64,000 nt of DNA from an uncultured Oscillospiraceae bacterium (GCA_964587555.1 CAZPLR010000001.1:4381-68380); one strand, 5' to 3'. Positions 18,075 to 28,280 are shown, numbered from the stretch's first letter. Program-made: numbers and translations. Notes: generated by a model from the sequence alone, not told the origin.

Positions 18075-18971
18075 ATGCAAATGGACTATCAGATCGATTA
18101 TCAGAAATACGCGGTGAATTTTGTGCTTCCGGCAATGATTACCGAGGATCTGCCGCATATCGACGGCGATTACCTGAAGGTTATCCTACAGATCTTCCAA
18201 ACGCCGATGCACCACTATTCTTCCGCCTTGCTTTCCACCATTTTGGAATTGGAGGAGAATAAGGTCAACGCCGCGCTTTCCTATTGGGGAAAGCGTGGGC
18301 TTTTGGAAGTCGTCGGCGCGCCTGCGCAGAGCGAGCCGTATGCAGTCGGCAAGGGCGTCAAGCCGGTTACTGCGCCGGAAATCCCGGATGACGGCGAAAT
18401 CTCTTTTCTGCTGCAAGCGGCGGAAGGGATTATGGGCAGACCGATTACCTCCCAAGAGCGCAACACGCTTCTTAATATCTGTACCGTGATGAATATGCCG
18501 GCGGATATCGTCGTAATGGTGATTCAGTATTGCAGTGAGATTGGGAATTGCAGTATGTTTAAGGTAGAAAAGCTGTGCGCAGAATGGGCAAAGGACGGCA
18601 TTAACACGCACGAACGCGCCGAAGCGAAGCTGAAGCAGCTTTCCGAAAAGGACTCGATCGAGAGCAATGTCGCGAAATGCCTGCGCGTACAGGGCAGACC
18701 GCTTTCTAAGTCGGAGGCAAAATACGCCCACACATGGGTAGAGGAATGGGGATTTAAGTACGATATGATCTCTGCTGCGTATGAGATCACGGTCAAAAAT
18801 ACCGGCGGGCTTTCGCTGCCGTATTTAAACCGCGTGCTGGAAAATTGGAGCCGGATTGGAATCCGCACGCCGGATGAGATCAGCAAATGGAGCTGGAAGG
18901 GAAATTCGCCGGACAAGGAGGCGTCCTCCTATTCCCGCGACGAATTAGAGGCATACTGGAATAAGTTTTAA
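18075..18971 (+). CDS. DnaD-domain replication initiation/helicase-loading protein
   Basis: Two DnaD/DnaB_2-like C-terminal repeats (..ISFLLQAAEGIMGRPITSQERNTLL.. and ..YAHTWVEEWGF..YLNRVLENW). It is adjacent to a DnaI/DnaC-like ATPase. Confidence 0.75.
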   Translation: MQMDYQIDYQKYAVNFVLPAMITEDLPHIDGDYLKVILQIFQTPMHHYSSALLSTILELEENKVNAALSYWGKRGLLEVVGAPAQSEPYAVGKGVKPVTAPEIPDDGEISFLLQAAEGIMGRPITSQERNTLLNICTVMNMPADIVVMVIQYCSEIGNCSMFKVEKLCAEWAKDGINTHERAEAKLKQLSEKDSIESNVAKCLRVQGRPLSKSEAKYAHTWVEEWGFKYDMISAAYEITVKNTGGLSLPYLNRVLENWSRIGIRTPDEISKWSWKGNSPDKEASSYSRDELEAYWNKF

Positions 18972-18985
18972 AAGGGGGGCTTTTC

Positions 18986-20029
18986 ATGAGCGAGGGGAAA
19001 TACACTGCGGCGCAGCGGATTGTTGACGAGCGCAGACAGCGCGCGATCGCTCTGGCTGCCGCCCACACTGCCGAAGCTGAGCAGAAGATCCCGCAGATCA
19101 AATATTACCACATCGCAAAGCGCCGGCATTTTGCCGCCGCATCGGCGGAGATTCTGCGCGCAGATTTGACTGGCGAGGAAAAGCGCGCCCGCCTGCTTCA
19201 GCTCAAGCAGGAGTCGGAGGTTATGAACCAGAGCATCAAGGATTTATTGCTGCGCGGCGGATTTCCAGCAGATTATCTTGAAGAAAAATTTACCTGCCCG
19301 CTTTGCTGTGATATGGGGAATGTTGACGGAAAGCGCTGTTCCTGTCTGGAGGAGCTTGCCAAAAAGCAGGCGGCGCGCTCGTTTGCCGAGCAGATACCGG
19401 TTAAGCTGACCGATTTTGCGGATTTCCGGTTGGAATATTACAGTCCGGTTAATGTCACGCCGGGCAAGCACCGCAACGACAGGGAGCAGATGGCGTTCAT
19501 CTACGATAGCTGCGTGGAATACGCCGAGCGGTTCGATCCGAAAACATCCCGCAGCCTGTTTTTTACCGGCGCGACGGGACTGGGAAAGACATTTTTGTCG
19601 CTTGCAATTGCAAAGAAGGTTTTGGAGCTTGGCATAGAGGTGATCTACACCTCGGCGCTGGATCTGTTTCGCAACCTACAGGATGACTATTATAATGCTG
19701 GCAGAGAAAAGGCGGTCAGCATGGACGACGCGCTGGACATTCCGCTGTTGATTATTGACGATCTGGGGAGCGAGTACTTAAACCAATTTGTGCCGTCGGC
19801 TTTGTTCCATATTGTGGAGTCGCGCTTGGAGCACGGCTTGCCGACCATCATCAGCACGAACCTTTCGGGCGCGGAGATGGAAAAACGGTACGCAAAACGG
19901 GTTTATTCCCGCATTTTCACGCAATATCTGGTGTTCAGCTTTGTCGGCAGCGATATTCGCGTTTTAAAATTAAAGAATGGTCTGAAGTTAGAAGGGGAAA
20001 TGGAAGATGGAAGGCGACCGTTATATTGA
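18986..20029 (+). CDS. DnaI/DnaC-like helicase loader AAA+ ATPase
   Basis: Walker A FTGATGLGKTFL and Walker B LLIIDDLG, plus an N-terminal Cys cluster (CPLCCDMGNVDGKRCSC) as in DnaI zinc modules. Confidence 0.8.
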   Translation: MSEGKYTAAQRIVDERRQRAIALAAAHTAEAEQKIPQIKYYHIAKRRHFAAASAEILRADLTGEEKRARLLQLKQESEVMNQSIKDLLLRGGFPADYLEEKFTCPLCCDMGNVDGKRCSCLEELAKKQAARSFAEQIPVKLTDFADFRLEYYSPVNVTPGKHRNDREQMAFIYDSCVEYAERFDPKTSRSLFFTGATGLGKTFLSLAIAKKVLELGIEVIYTSALDLFRNLQDDYYNAGREKAVSMDDALDIPLLIIDDLGSEYLNQFVPSALFHIVESRLEHGLPTIISTNLSGAEMEKRYAKRVYSRIFTQYLVFSFVGSDIRVLKLKNGLKLEGEMEDGRRPLY

Positions 20030-20744
20030 GATTGTATTGGGGACGACAAGGCGTGCTTGGGAAGATCAAAGAGCGCAGATCGATCAATTAAAGGAGCAGA
20101 TGATCCGCGCGATCAAGGAAAAGTGTTCGATTTATCTGTTCGGCTGCTCACACGCCGGCATTCTGGCGGAGGAGATGTTCTACCGCACCGGCGGCTTAGC
20201 GCTGATCAATCCGATCTTTTTTCCGGGGTTTATGCTCAACACCCGTCCGATTACAATGACATCGCAGCTTGAGCGGGTTGCGGGGATCGGTAAAGCTTTG
20301 GTCGACCAGAATCATATCAAGGCGGGGGATCTTTTGCTGATTCACTCGGTATCCGGCCGCAATACCGTCCCGGTCGAAATGGCGGAAGAAGCGCGGGAGA
20401 GAGGCGCTTTTGTTGCCTGTATCACCAATTTGGATTATTCGAGAACGGTGAGCAGCCGTCATCCGTCAGGGAAAAAGCTTTATGAGGTCTGTGATCTTGT
20501 GATCGACAATTGCGGTGTGTCGGGTGACGCGGCGATCGCCATACCGGGACTTGCCGAGCGGGTTGGCCCTACCTCGACCGCCGTCGGCACAGCAATCTTA
20601 AACGCCGTAGTGGTGGATGTGATCGAGCGGCTGGTAGCCGACGGTATAACACCGCCAATTTTTATGAGCGCAAATCTAGACGGCGGCGACGAACATAACC
20701 GCGCCATGATGGAGGAATATAAGGAAAACATCTTCTATATGTGA
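20007..20744 (+). CDS. SIS (sugar isomerase) domain protein, UPF0309-like
   Basis: The SIS-type phosphosugar-binding pattern IYLFGCSHAGILAEEMFYRTGGL and ...IHSVSGRN... It overlaps the dnaI-like gene by 23 nt. Confidence 0.7.
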   Translation: MEGDRYIEIVLGTTRRAWEDQRAQIDQLKEQMIRAIKEKCSIYLFGCSHAGILAEEMFYRTGGLALINPIFFPGFMLNTRPITMTSQLERVAGIGKALVDQNHIKAGDLLLIHSVSGRNTVPVEMAEEARERGAFVACITNLDYSRTVSSRHPSGKKLYEVCDLVIDNCGVSGDAAIAIPGLAERVGPTSTAVGTAILNAVVVDVIERLVADGITPPIFMSANLDGGDEHNRAMMEEYKENIFYM

Positions 20745-20948
20745 GAGTTATCGGGCAGATGCGCCGTTTGCTTCAATGGAAAAATATCTGCCGTTTGTTT
20801 GCAGACATTGCGCTGAAGAAAACAGACAACGCTTTATAAGGGAGGCTTCTTCTGCCGGCTTTTGCAGTACAGAAGGGAGATATGTAGGGGAAAAGATCGT
20901 TTTGTTTTCCGCTGTAGGCATAACGCGGGATGTATAACCGCCGGAATT

Positions 20949-20996
20949 GCCTGCACGCGCCGGATTTTGGTTCGGAGCGTGCAGGCCTTTGTTTTT
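20949..20996 (+). terminator. rho-independent terminator-like hairpin in the SIS/citrate synthase spacer
   Basis: 10-bp GC-rich stem GCCTGCACGC (20949-20958) / GCGTGCAGGC (20977-20986) followed by CTTTGTTTTTG. Confidence 0.6.
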
Positions 20997-21234
20997 GTGA
21001 TGCAAAGAATATGCGCGGGATAAAACTTTTTTGCAGGAAAGAAAAAACTGTTATTCATTTATTCATAAAAAATTTTCCTCAGATTGTTTCTTTGGCGCCT
21101 AAGATCTGGTAAAATAAGCTTGATATTATTATTCGAAGCATAATATACAAAAATTCAGAAAGCCAAAGGGGTTTTGCGCGCGGTGTATATTTTTCCCGCG
21201 CCTATGCAGGCCATAGAAAGAAGGAGGAAATCAT

Positions 21235-22593
21235 ATGTCCGAATACTCTGTTATTACACCACAGATCGAAGCGTTATCCGAACAGTGCTTAAATCATTAC
21301 GGCATATCGCCGGAGCTTTATACGCAGTACGACGTCAAGCGCGGCCTGCGCGATATCAACGGCAAGGGAGTTTTGGCGGGGCTCACCGAGATTTCTGATG
21401 TTGTCGCCACGAAAGTGGTAAATGGGGAAAATGTTCCATGTGAAGGAAAGCTGTATTATCGCGGGATCGACGTTGAGGATCTTGTTTCCGGCTTTCTGCA
21501 CGATAAGCGTTTCGGCTTTGAGGAAGCGACGTATCTGCTTCTTTTTGGCGTTCTGCCGGACGCGAAGCAATTAAAAGAGTTTACCGAGATTCTTTCCGGC
21601 TACCGGACCCTGCCGACCTCGTTTGTCCGCGATATCATCATGAAAGCGCCGAGCAAAGATATGATGAATACGCTTGCCAGAAGCGTTTTGACGCTTTATT
21701 CCTACGATGATCGCGCGGATGATACCTCGGTGCAGAATGTGCTGCGCCAATGCTTGCAGCTGATCGCGCTATTTCCAATGCTTTCGGTCTACGGCTATCA
21801 GGCGTACTGCCACTATCACGACGGGCAGAGCCTTTATATCCACAATCCGCTGCCGGAGCTTTCCACTGCGGAGAATATTCTGCGCCTGCTGCGTCCGGAT
21901 GCGTCCTATACTGAGATGGAAGCGAAGGTTTTAGACGTTGCGTTGGTGCTGCACGCGGAGCATGGCGGCGGCAACAACTCGACCTTTACAACTCATGTTG
22001 TGACATCCTCCGGCACCGACACCTATTCCGCGGTCGCTGCCTCGCTGGGTTCACTGAAGGGACCGCGTCACGGCGGCGCAAATATTAAGGTAGTGCAGAT
22101 GGTCGAGGATATGAAAACGCATGTCACCGATTGGCACGATGACGAGGCGATCTCAGTTTATCTGAGGAAGCTGCTGCATCGGGAGGCGTTTGACAAGCAG
22201 GGATTGATTTATGGGATGGGGCACGCTGTTTACTCGCTTTCCGATCCGCGCGCGCGTATTTTCAATAAGTTTGTACAGCGGCTGGCAGAGGAGAAGGGAT
22301 TTCTAGACGAATATATGTTGTATGCGAACGTCGAGCGTCTTGCGCCGCAAGTTATTGCGAAGGAGCGTAAAATATATAAGGGCGTTTCCGCCAATGTCGA
22401 TTTTTATTCCGGCTTTGTATATCGTATGCTTGGACTTCCGCTGGAGCTTTACACGCCGATCTTTGCAATTGCCCGCATTGCCGGTTGGTCGGCGCACCGC
22501 TTAGAGGAAATCATCGGCGGAGGTAAGATCATCCGGCCGGCATACCGCTGCGTGAAGCCGCATCAGCCGTATCTGCCGCTCGAAAAACGATGA
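21235..22593 (+). CDS. gltA: citrate synthase
   Basis: Citrate synthase signatures HAEHGGGNNSTF and GMGHAVY. RBS GAAGGAGGA lies upstream. Confidence 0.92.
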   Translation: MSEYSVITPQIEALSEQCLNHYGISPELYTQYDVKRGLRDINGKGVLAGLTEISDVVATKVVNGENVPCEGKLYYRGIDVEDLVSGFLHDKRFGFEEATYLLLFGVLPDAKQLKEFTEILSGYRTLPTSFVRDIIMKAPSKDMMNTLARSVLTLYSYDDRADDTSVQNVLRQCLQLIALFPMLSVYGYQAYCHYHDGQSLYIHNPLPELSTAENILRLLRPDASYTEMEAKVLDVALVLHAEHGGGNNSTFTTHVVTSSGTDTYSAVAASLGSLKGPRHGGANIKVVQMVEDMKTHVTDWHDDEAISVYLRKLLHREAFDKQGLIYGMGHAVYSLSDPRARIFNKFVQRLAEEKGFLDEYMLYANVERLAPQVIAKERKIYKGVSANVDFYSGFVYRMLGLPLELYTPIFAIARIAGWSAHRLEEIIGGGKIIRPAYRCVKPHQPYLPLEKR

Positions 22594-22723
22594 CGCAGCA
22601 AGAATCGGGTGTGCTTTCGGCGACCCGGTTATATTCAAAAAGCCTCCTTTGATGCCATAAGATGACGAAAGCGTCAAAATCTTTCTGCTTTAAAAAAGAT
22701 AGTCCGAAAATTCCCAAAAGGGC

Positions 22724-22752
22724 TTTACTTTTTCTTTTAAATCATGTATTAT
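22724..22752 (+). promoter_or_regulatory. sigma-A type promoter for pyrH-frr (TTTACT-17 nt-TATTAT)
   Basis: -35 TTTACT at 22724-22729, a 17-nt spacer, and -10 TATTAT at 22747-22752. Confidence 0.45.
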
Positions 22753-22838
22753 ATTGTTAGATGATTGAAAACCGTTCTCTTTTTGGAAAGCATTTTTTCC
22801 ATTTCGGAGTGATCAGAGACGGGAAAGGGAGACTTTTT

Positions 22839-23549
22839 ATGCAGCTTAAGTATAAACGTGTGTTATTAAAGCTTTCCGGTGAGGCACTGGCTGGAAAAAA
22901 GGGATTTGGGCTGGATTTTGATGTGATTACAAGCATTTGCAGGTCGGTTGCGGAAACCGTCGCGCTCGGCGCGCAGATTGCGATTGTGGTCGGCGGCGGC
23001 AATTTCTGGCGCGGCCGCTCCTCCGGAAATATGGATAGAACTCGCGCGGATCATATTGGGATGCTCGGTACGACGATGAACGCGCTGGCGGTCGGGGACG
23101 TTCTGGAGAGTCTTGGGGTCGATACCCGCGTGATGACCGCCATTGCAATGCATGAGATCGCAGAGCCGTACATCCGCAATCGTGCGGTCAGCCATCTGAA
23201 AAAGGGGCGCACCCTTGTCTTTGGCTGCGGAACCGGAAGCCCGTTTTTCTCGACCGATACCGCCGCAAGCCTGCGTGCAGTCGAGATCAATGCGGATATT
23301 GTGCTGAAAGCGACGATGGTAGACGGCGTTTATGACAAGGACCCAAAGATATATCCGGATGCGGCAAAGTATGACGTTATCCCAATGTCGGAGGTGCTTG
23401 CAAAGGGCTTAAAGGTCATGGACAGCACTGCCGCGTCCATGTGCCGTGATAATCATATGCCAATGCTCGTATTTGATTTGACTGAGCCGGATAATATTCG
23501 GAAAGCGGTTTTAGGCGAAAACGTCGGCACCGTCGTGCTGGCTGAATAA
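22839..23549 (+). CDS. pyrH: UMP kinase
   Basis: N-terminal [12 protein letters not shown] motif and amino-acid kinase fold. ATG 22839 follows GGGAAAGGGAG; the track ORF opens at 22761. Confidence 0.95.
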   Translation: MQLKYKRVLLKLSGEALAGKKGFGLDFDVITSICRSVAETVALGAQIAIVVGGGNFWRGRSSGNMDRTRADHIGMLGTTMNALAVGDVLESLGVDTRVMTAIAMHEIAEPYIRNRAVSHLKKGRTLVFGCGTGSPFFSTDTAASLRAVEINADIVLKATMVDGVYDKDPKIYPDAAKYDVIPMSEVLAKGLKVMDSTAASMCRDNHMPMLVFDLTEPDNIRKAVLGENVGTVVLAE

Positions 23550-23575
23550 ATGGAAAGCAGAAAGGAAAGAATCAT

Positions 23576-24130
23576 ATGAAAGAGAGAATCAAAAAAACTG
23601 AGGAAAAGATGAAGAAAACCATTGCCAAGATGGAGGCGGATTTTGCCGCGATCCGTGCCGGACGCGCGAATCCTGCGGTTTTGGATAAGGTGCTTGTGCC
23701 GTATTACGGCTCGCCGACCCCGATCAATCAGCTTGCCAGCGTTTCGGTAGCGGAGGCGCGCGTACTGGTCATTCAGCCGTGGGATAAAAAGACTCTCTCC
23801 GATATCGAAAAGGAGATTAATAAGTCCAATATCGGTATCCACCCGAATAACGACGGCAGTTCGATCCGGCTGGTTTTTCCGCCAATGACTGAGGAACGCC
23901 GTAAAGAGCTGAATAAGGATATCTCCAAGATGGGCGAGGAGTGTAAGGTTGCTGTGCGCAGCATCCGCCGTGACGCAAATGATAAGCTTAAAGCTATGAA
24001 GAAGAATAGTGAAATCACCGAGGATGAGCAGAAAGACGGCGAGAAGCAGATTCAGAATCTCACCGACAAGTATTGCAAAATCGCCGATGAAAAGGTCAAG
24101 GCAAAACAAGCCGAGATCATGGAGATCTAA
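23576..24130 (+). CDS. frr: ribosome recycling factor
   Basis: 184 aa of typical Frr sequence (IRAGRANPAVLD...), in conserved pyrH-frr synteny. Confidence 0.97.
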   Translation: MKERIKKTEEKMKKTIAKMEADFAAIRAGRANPAVLDKVLVPYYGSPTPINQLASVSVAEARVLVIQPWDKKTLSDIEKEINKSNIGIHPNNDGSSIRLVFPPMTEERRKELNKDISKMGEECKVAVRSIRRDANDKLKAMKKNSEITEDEQKDGEKQIQNLTDKYCKIADEKVKAKQAEIMEI

Positions 24131-24230
24131 GCCTCCTGCTGCAAAAGAACGGAACATATTGGAATATTGCGAGGGCAAAACACGGGCGGTATAACGGGCG
24201 TTTTGCTTTCGCGTAAAAGGGAGGATTGGA

Positions 24231-24965
24231 GTGGCTACGATAGCAAAAAAGGGGGAGCTGCCGCAGCATATCGGTATCATTATGGACGGCAACGGCCGCT
24301 GGGCAAAGCTGCGCGGTCTGCCGCGCACAGCGGGGCATAAGGCGGGTGCGGCTGTCTTTAAGAAGATCATCACCCATTGCGGCGAGCTGGGGATCGGCTT
24401 TGTTACCGTTTATGCGTTTTCCACGGAAAATTGGAAACGGTCAAAGGAGGAGGTCGGCGCGCTGATGAAGCTCTTTATGGAGTATCTGGAGGATGCGAAG
24501 AATTATTATAAGGATAATATCCGCATCCGGATTATCGGTGACCGTGCCCCGTTTTCTCCGGAAATGAACGCGCGTATCGACCGCTGCGAGGCGGATACTG
24601 CCGCTGCAACCGGACTTACCCTAAATGTTGCTCTCAATTACGGCGGACAGCATGAGCTGACGCAGGCGATGCGGGAAATCGCTAAGGAGGTCGCAGCGGG
24701 GAAAATAAGCCCGGATGCGATCGATGAGGGAGTGGTGGAAAGCCATCTTTATACTGCGGGTCAGCCGCCGGTCGACCTCATCATTCGCCCAAGCGGAGAA
24801 TACCGCTTGTCCAATTTTATGATATGGCAGGCGGCGTACGCAGAATATGTGTTTATGGATACGCTTTGGCCGGATTTCTCTGCGAAGGAGCTGGATAAGG
24901 CACTTGCGGCTTATGCCAAGCGCAGCAGACGCTTCGGCGCAGAGGACGCAAAAGCCGCAAAATAA
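24231..24965 (+). CDS. uppS: di-trans,poly-cis-undecaprenyl-diphosphate synthase
   Basis: Motif HIGIIMDGNGRWA, a C-terminal RRFG, and a GTG start 6 nt after AAGGGAGG. Confidence 0.95.
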   Translation: MATIAKKGELPQHIGIIMDGNGRWAKLRGLPRTAGHKAGAAVFKKIITHCGELGIGFVTVYAFSTENWKRSKEEVGALMKLFMEYLEDAKNYYKDNIRIRIIGDRAPFSPEMNARIDRCEADTAAATGLTLNVALNYGGQHELTQAMREIAKEVAAGKISPDAIDEGVVESHLYTAGQPPVDLIIRPSGEYRLSNFMIWQAAYAEYVFMDTLWPDFSAKELDKALAAYAKRSRRFGAEDAKAAK

Positions 24966-25075
24966 GCCTAGTTTGATCGATCATAGGATTACACGTTTCT
25001 CCTTCTCATTGCGTCTGTTTTTCGGTGACATTTCGAATGAAAAGGGAGCGGCGACAGAAAGGAATGGTCATTCGG

Positions 25076-25915
25076 ATGAAACAACGCATTATCACCGGTC
25101 TTGTCGCGCTTGGCATCTTCGCTGCCGCGATGCTCGGATATTTCACACCGGCGCTGAACGTCGTGTTTGCTGCTATTATTTTGATTGCGGTCTGGGAGCT
25201 GTTCCACGCGACGGGACTACTCAAGCATAAAGCGCTTTACATACTTTCGACCGTTTATGCGGTCAGTCTGCCGTTTGTGCTGATGCTTGAAAACAGCAGC
25301 TTTATCCTTGTGGCGGAAACTGCTCTTTTTGCCTTTTTGCTCCTAGTCATTGCAATGCGGCTGCATCAGACGGTTAAATTCAGCGAGGTCTGCACCGCGT
25401 TCTTTCTTTCCACCGTATTCCCGCTGTGCTTCCTTTGCCTGCTGTTAACGCGCTATGCAGAGCCGCTTTACGGGCTTTATTATTTGATCGCTATCTGTTT
25501 TATCGCATGGGGCGGGGATACCTTTGCTTATTTTACCGGACGGTTTCTTGGAAAGCATAAGCTTGCGCCGGTGATCAGCCCGAAAAAGACAATCGAAGGG
25601 GTTGTCGGCGGAGTGGCTGGAAGCGTGCTGGTGATTTGGGTCTTTTCTTTGAGCTACAGTGCAGTGATGGAACGGCTTGGTTATGCGATTTCCGTGCGGT
25701 ACGAGATCATCCTGCCGGCTGCGGCGGTTCTTTCACTGGTCAGCGTGTTCGGCGATTTGACATGCTCGTTGATTAAACGGCAGTATGGCATTAAGGATTT
25801 TGGCACGATCATGCCGGGGCATGGCGGGGTTATGGATCGGTTTGATAGCGTGCTGATGGTTGCGCCCTTCATTGTATTTTTGATGTATGTCTGCCCGGTT
25901 GTTCTTTCCGTTTAA
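25076..25915 (+). CDS. cdsA: phosphatidate cytidylyltransferase
   Basis: CTP-transferase signature SLIKRQYGIKDFGTIMPGHGGVMDRFDS. The start is ambiguous (ATG 25025, 25037, 25064 or 25076). Confidence 0.9.
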   Translation: MKQRIITGLVALGIFAAAMLGYFTPALNVVFAAIILIAVWELFHATGLLKHKALYILSTVYAVSLPFVLMLENSSFILVAETALFAFLLLVIAMRLHQTVKFSEVCTAFFLSTVFPLCFLCLLLTRYAEPLYGLYYLIAICFIAWGGDTFAYFTGRFLGKHKLAPVISPKKTIEGVVGGVAGSVLVIWVFSLSYSAVMERLGYAISVRYEIILPAAAVLSLVSVFGDLTCSLIKRQYGIKDFGTIMPGHGGVMDRFDSVLMVAPFIVFLMYVCPVVLSV

Positions 25916-25929
25916 TTTGATTCACAACA

Positions 25930-25980
25930 GACCGTTTCCTGCGGCGGCTCCCGCTTTTTGGGAAACGGTCGTTTTCTTTG
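25930..25980 (+). terminator. terminator/attenuator-like hairpin between cdsA and dxr
   Basis: 10-bp stem GACCGTTTCC / GGAAACGGTC with an inner GCGG/CCGC helix, followed by GTTTTCTTTG. Confidence 0.55.
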
Positions 25981-26040
25981 TATAAAATACCGCCATAAAT
26001 AGCTTATTTTTACCGGCGGTGAATAGAATAGAAGGTAACT

Positions 26041-27204
26041 ATGGAGTATCGTCAGAATCAGCAAAAGAAAAAAAGCGTCGCGCTGCTTGGTTCCACCGGT
26101 TCAATCGGCACGCAATCGCTTGAGGTTATCCGCGACAGAGATTTTACAGTGGCGGCTTTGGCGGCAAATACCAACGTTTCTCTGCTGGAAAAGCAGGCGC
26201 GCGCGTTTTCGCCAAAGCTTGTATGTATTTATGATGAAACGCGCTATAGCGCGCTGAAGCTTTCCCTTGCAGATACGAATGTACGGGTTGTCTGCGGCAT
26301 GGAGGGGCTTTTGCAGGCGGCTGCCGAGCCGTCGGCAGACATCACGCTTAACGCGGTCGTTGGAATGATCGGACTCCGCCCGACCCTAGCGGCGATTGCG
26401 GCGGGAAAGGACATTGCGCTTGCAAATAAGGAAACGCTGGTTACCGGCGGCGCGTTGGTGATGAATGCGGTGAGGGAAAAGGGGGTGCGTCTGCTCCCGG
26501 TCGACAGCGAGCATTCCGCCATTTTCCAATGCTTACAAGGTAATGATAAGCGGCAGGTCAGGCGCATTATCCTGACAGCATCCGGGGGACCGTTTTTCGG
26601 CATGACGCGGCGGCAGCTTGCGGATAAGGTCGCCGCCGACGCGCTGCGCCATCCGAACTGGAATATGGGCGCAAAGATCACGATTGATTCTGCCACTTTG
26701 ATGAATAAGGGCTTAGAGTTTATCGAGGCGGCGTGGCTGTTTGACAAAAAGCCGGATGAGATTCAGATTGTCGTACAGCGTGAAAGCGTGATCCACTCGG
26801 CGGTCGAATATGTTGATCACGCGGTGATCGCGCAGCTTGGCGTACCGGATATGAAGGTGCCGATCCAATATGCGCTGACCTATCCGGATCGCTTCCCATG
26901 CAGTTGTAAGGAGCTTTCTCTTTTTGATTATCCAGAGCTGCATTTTGCGCGCGCGGATGAGGAAACTTTCACCTGCTTAAAGGCGGCAAAGCTTGCGTTT
27001 GCGCGCGGCGGGCTTGCGGCGACAGCGGTAAACGGCGCAAACGAGGCGGCGGTCGCTTTGTTTTTGCAGGGAAAAATCCGCTTTTTGCAGATCGGCGAGC
27101 TTGTTATGAAGGCGCTTGATGCGGTGCGGGAGGAAGATGTGAGCTTGGAAGCGATCCTTGCGGCGGATCGGGCGGCGAGGGAACTGGTTTACGCTTCGAT
27201 TTGA
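26041..27204 (+). CDS. dxr: 1-deoxy-D-xylulose 5-phosphate reductoisomerase
   Basis: NADPH-binding N-terminus LLGSTGSIGTQSL and conserved uppS-cdsA-dxr-rseP synteny. Confidence 0.95.
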   Translation: MEYRQNQQKKKSVALLGSTGSIGTQSLEVIRDRDFTVAALAANTNVSLLEKQARAFSPKLVCIYDETRYSALKLSLADTNVRVVCGMEGLLQAAAEPSADITLNAVVGMIGLRPTLAAIAAGKDIALANKETLVTGGALVMNAVREKGVRLLPVDSEHSAIFQCLQGNDKRQVRRIILTASGGPFFGMTRRQLADKVAADALRHPNWNMGAKITIDSATLMNKGLEFIEAAWLFDKKPDEIQIVVQRESVIHSAVEYVDHAVIAQLGVPDMKVPIQYALTYPDRFPCSCKELSLFDYPELHFARADEETFTCLKAAKLAFARGGLAATAVNGANEAAVALFLQGKIRFLQIGELVMKALDAVREEDVSLEAILAADRAARELVYASI

Positions 27205-27223
27205 TGCGGAAAGGAGTTCATTC

Positions 27224-28270
27224 TTGAATATCTTTGTTACGATCTTAGTCAGTATCTTGGTGTTTGGTCTCATTATTTTCATTCATGAGCTGGGGCATTT
27301 TCTCTGCGCAAAGGCGTTTCATGTTACCGTCGATGAGTTTGCGCTCGGTATGGGACCGACCCTTCTCAAAAGGCAGGTGAAGGGTACGGTCTATGCGCTG
27401 CGGCTTTTTCCGATCGGCGGCTTTGTCAAGATGCAGGGCGAGGAAAAAACGGAGGAAGGAGAGTGCAGCGATGATCCGGGAATGTTTTATAATAAGCCTT
27501 GCTGGCAGCGGATCATCATTCTGGCGGCAGGTGCGTTTATGAATTTGCTGCTTGGGCTGGTGCTTTCGCTGGTGATGACGCTGTCACAAAGCCATATTGC
27601 AACCAATATCGTCGCGCGGTTTGAAGAAAATGCCTTGTCGGCACAAAGCGGGTTAGCGCTTGAGGATGAGATCCTAAAGATCAACGGCGTTTCTGTTTTG
27701 ACCGACCGCGATATTGTTACCCAGCTTTTGAGCGACGAGGACGGCAGCTATCAGTTTATCGTGCGGAGAAACGGGGAGAAGATGACTCTAAACGGTGTAA
27801 AACTCGCCTCGCAAAAGACCGAATCCGGTGAGAACACGCTCATTTTGGATTTTAAGGTCTACTCCTATCCAAAGACCTTTTTATCGACAGTAAAATATAC
27901 CTGGAATAACTTTCTTTCGCTTGCAAGGAGCATCTGGCTTTCACTTGGCGATCTAATCTCCGGCAAGGTGGGTTTTTCCCAGCTTTCTGGTCCGGTCGGC
28001 GTAGGTAAGGTGATCGGGCAGGCGGCGAGCGCCGGACTGGAAACGTTCTTTTATATCTTCGCGTTCATTACAATCAACATCGGAATTTTCAATCTTCTGC
28101 CAATTCCGGCGCTGGACGGCGGCAGACTGATCTTTGTGCTGATCGAGCTGATTATTCGTAAGCCGGTTCCGGGAAAATACGAAAACATGATCCATTTTGT
28201 CGGTTTGATGCTGCTGTTGCTGCTGATGCTTGCAGTCACTGCCAAAGATATCCTTGGATTGTTTCGTTAG
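27224..28270 (+). CDS. rseP: RIP site-2 metalloprotease RseP/RasP
   Basis: HELGHF zinc motif in the first TM helix, a PDZ segment, and a C-terminal LLPIPALDGG motif. TTG 27224 lies 7 nt after AAAGGAG; the track ORF opens at 27158 inside dxr. Confidence 0.9.
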   Translation: MNIFVTILVSILVFGLIIFIHELGHFLCAKAFHVTVDEFALGMGPTLLKRQVKGTVYALRLFPIGGFVKMQGEEKTEEGECSDDPGMFYNKPCWQRIIILAAGAFMNLLLGLVLSLVMTLSQSHIATNIVARFEENALSAQSGLALEDEILKINGVSVLTDRDIVTQLLSDEDGSYQFIVRRNGEKMTLNGVKLASQKTESGENTLILDFKVYSYPKTFLSTVKYTWNNFLSLARSIWLSLGDLISGKVGFSQLSGPVGVGKVIGQAASAGLETFFYIFAFITINIGIFNLLPIPALDGGRLIFVLIELIIRKPVPGKYENMIHFVGLMLLLLLMLAVTAKDILGLFR

Positions 28271-28280
28271 GAGGCACAGT

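Noticed and set aside
19530-19539. GGTTCGATCC, a tRNA T-loop-like decamer.
   Set aside because: It lies inside the dnaI-like coding frame and has no flanking acceptor or anticodon stems. No tRNA could be built around it.
23453-24373. 306-aa - strand ORF spanning the pyrH 3' end, all of frr and the uppS 5' end.
   Set aside because: It is antisense to three highly conserved genes, the sequence is hydrophobic and low-complexity with no recognisable domain, and it is most simply a shadow ORF.
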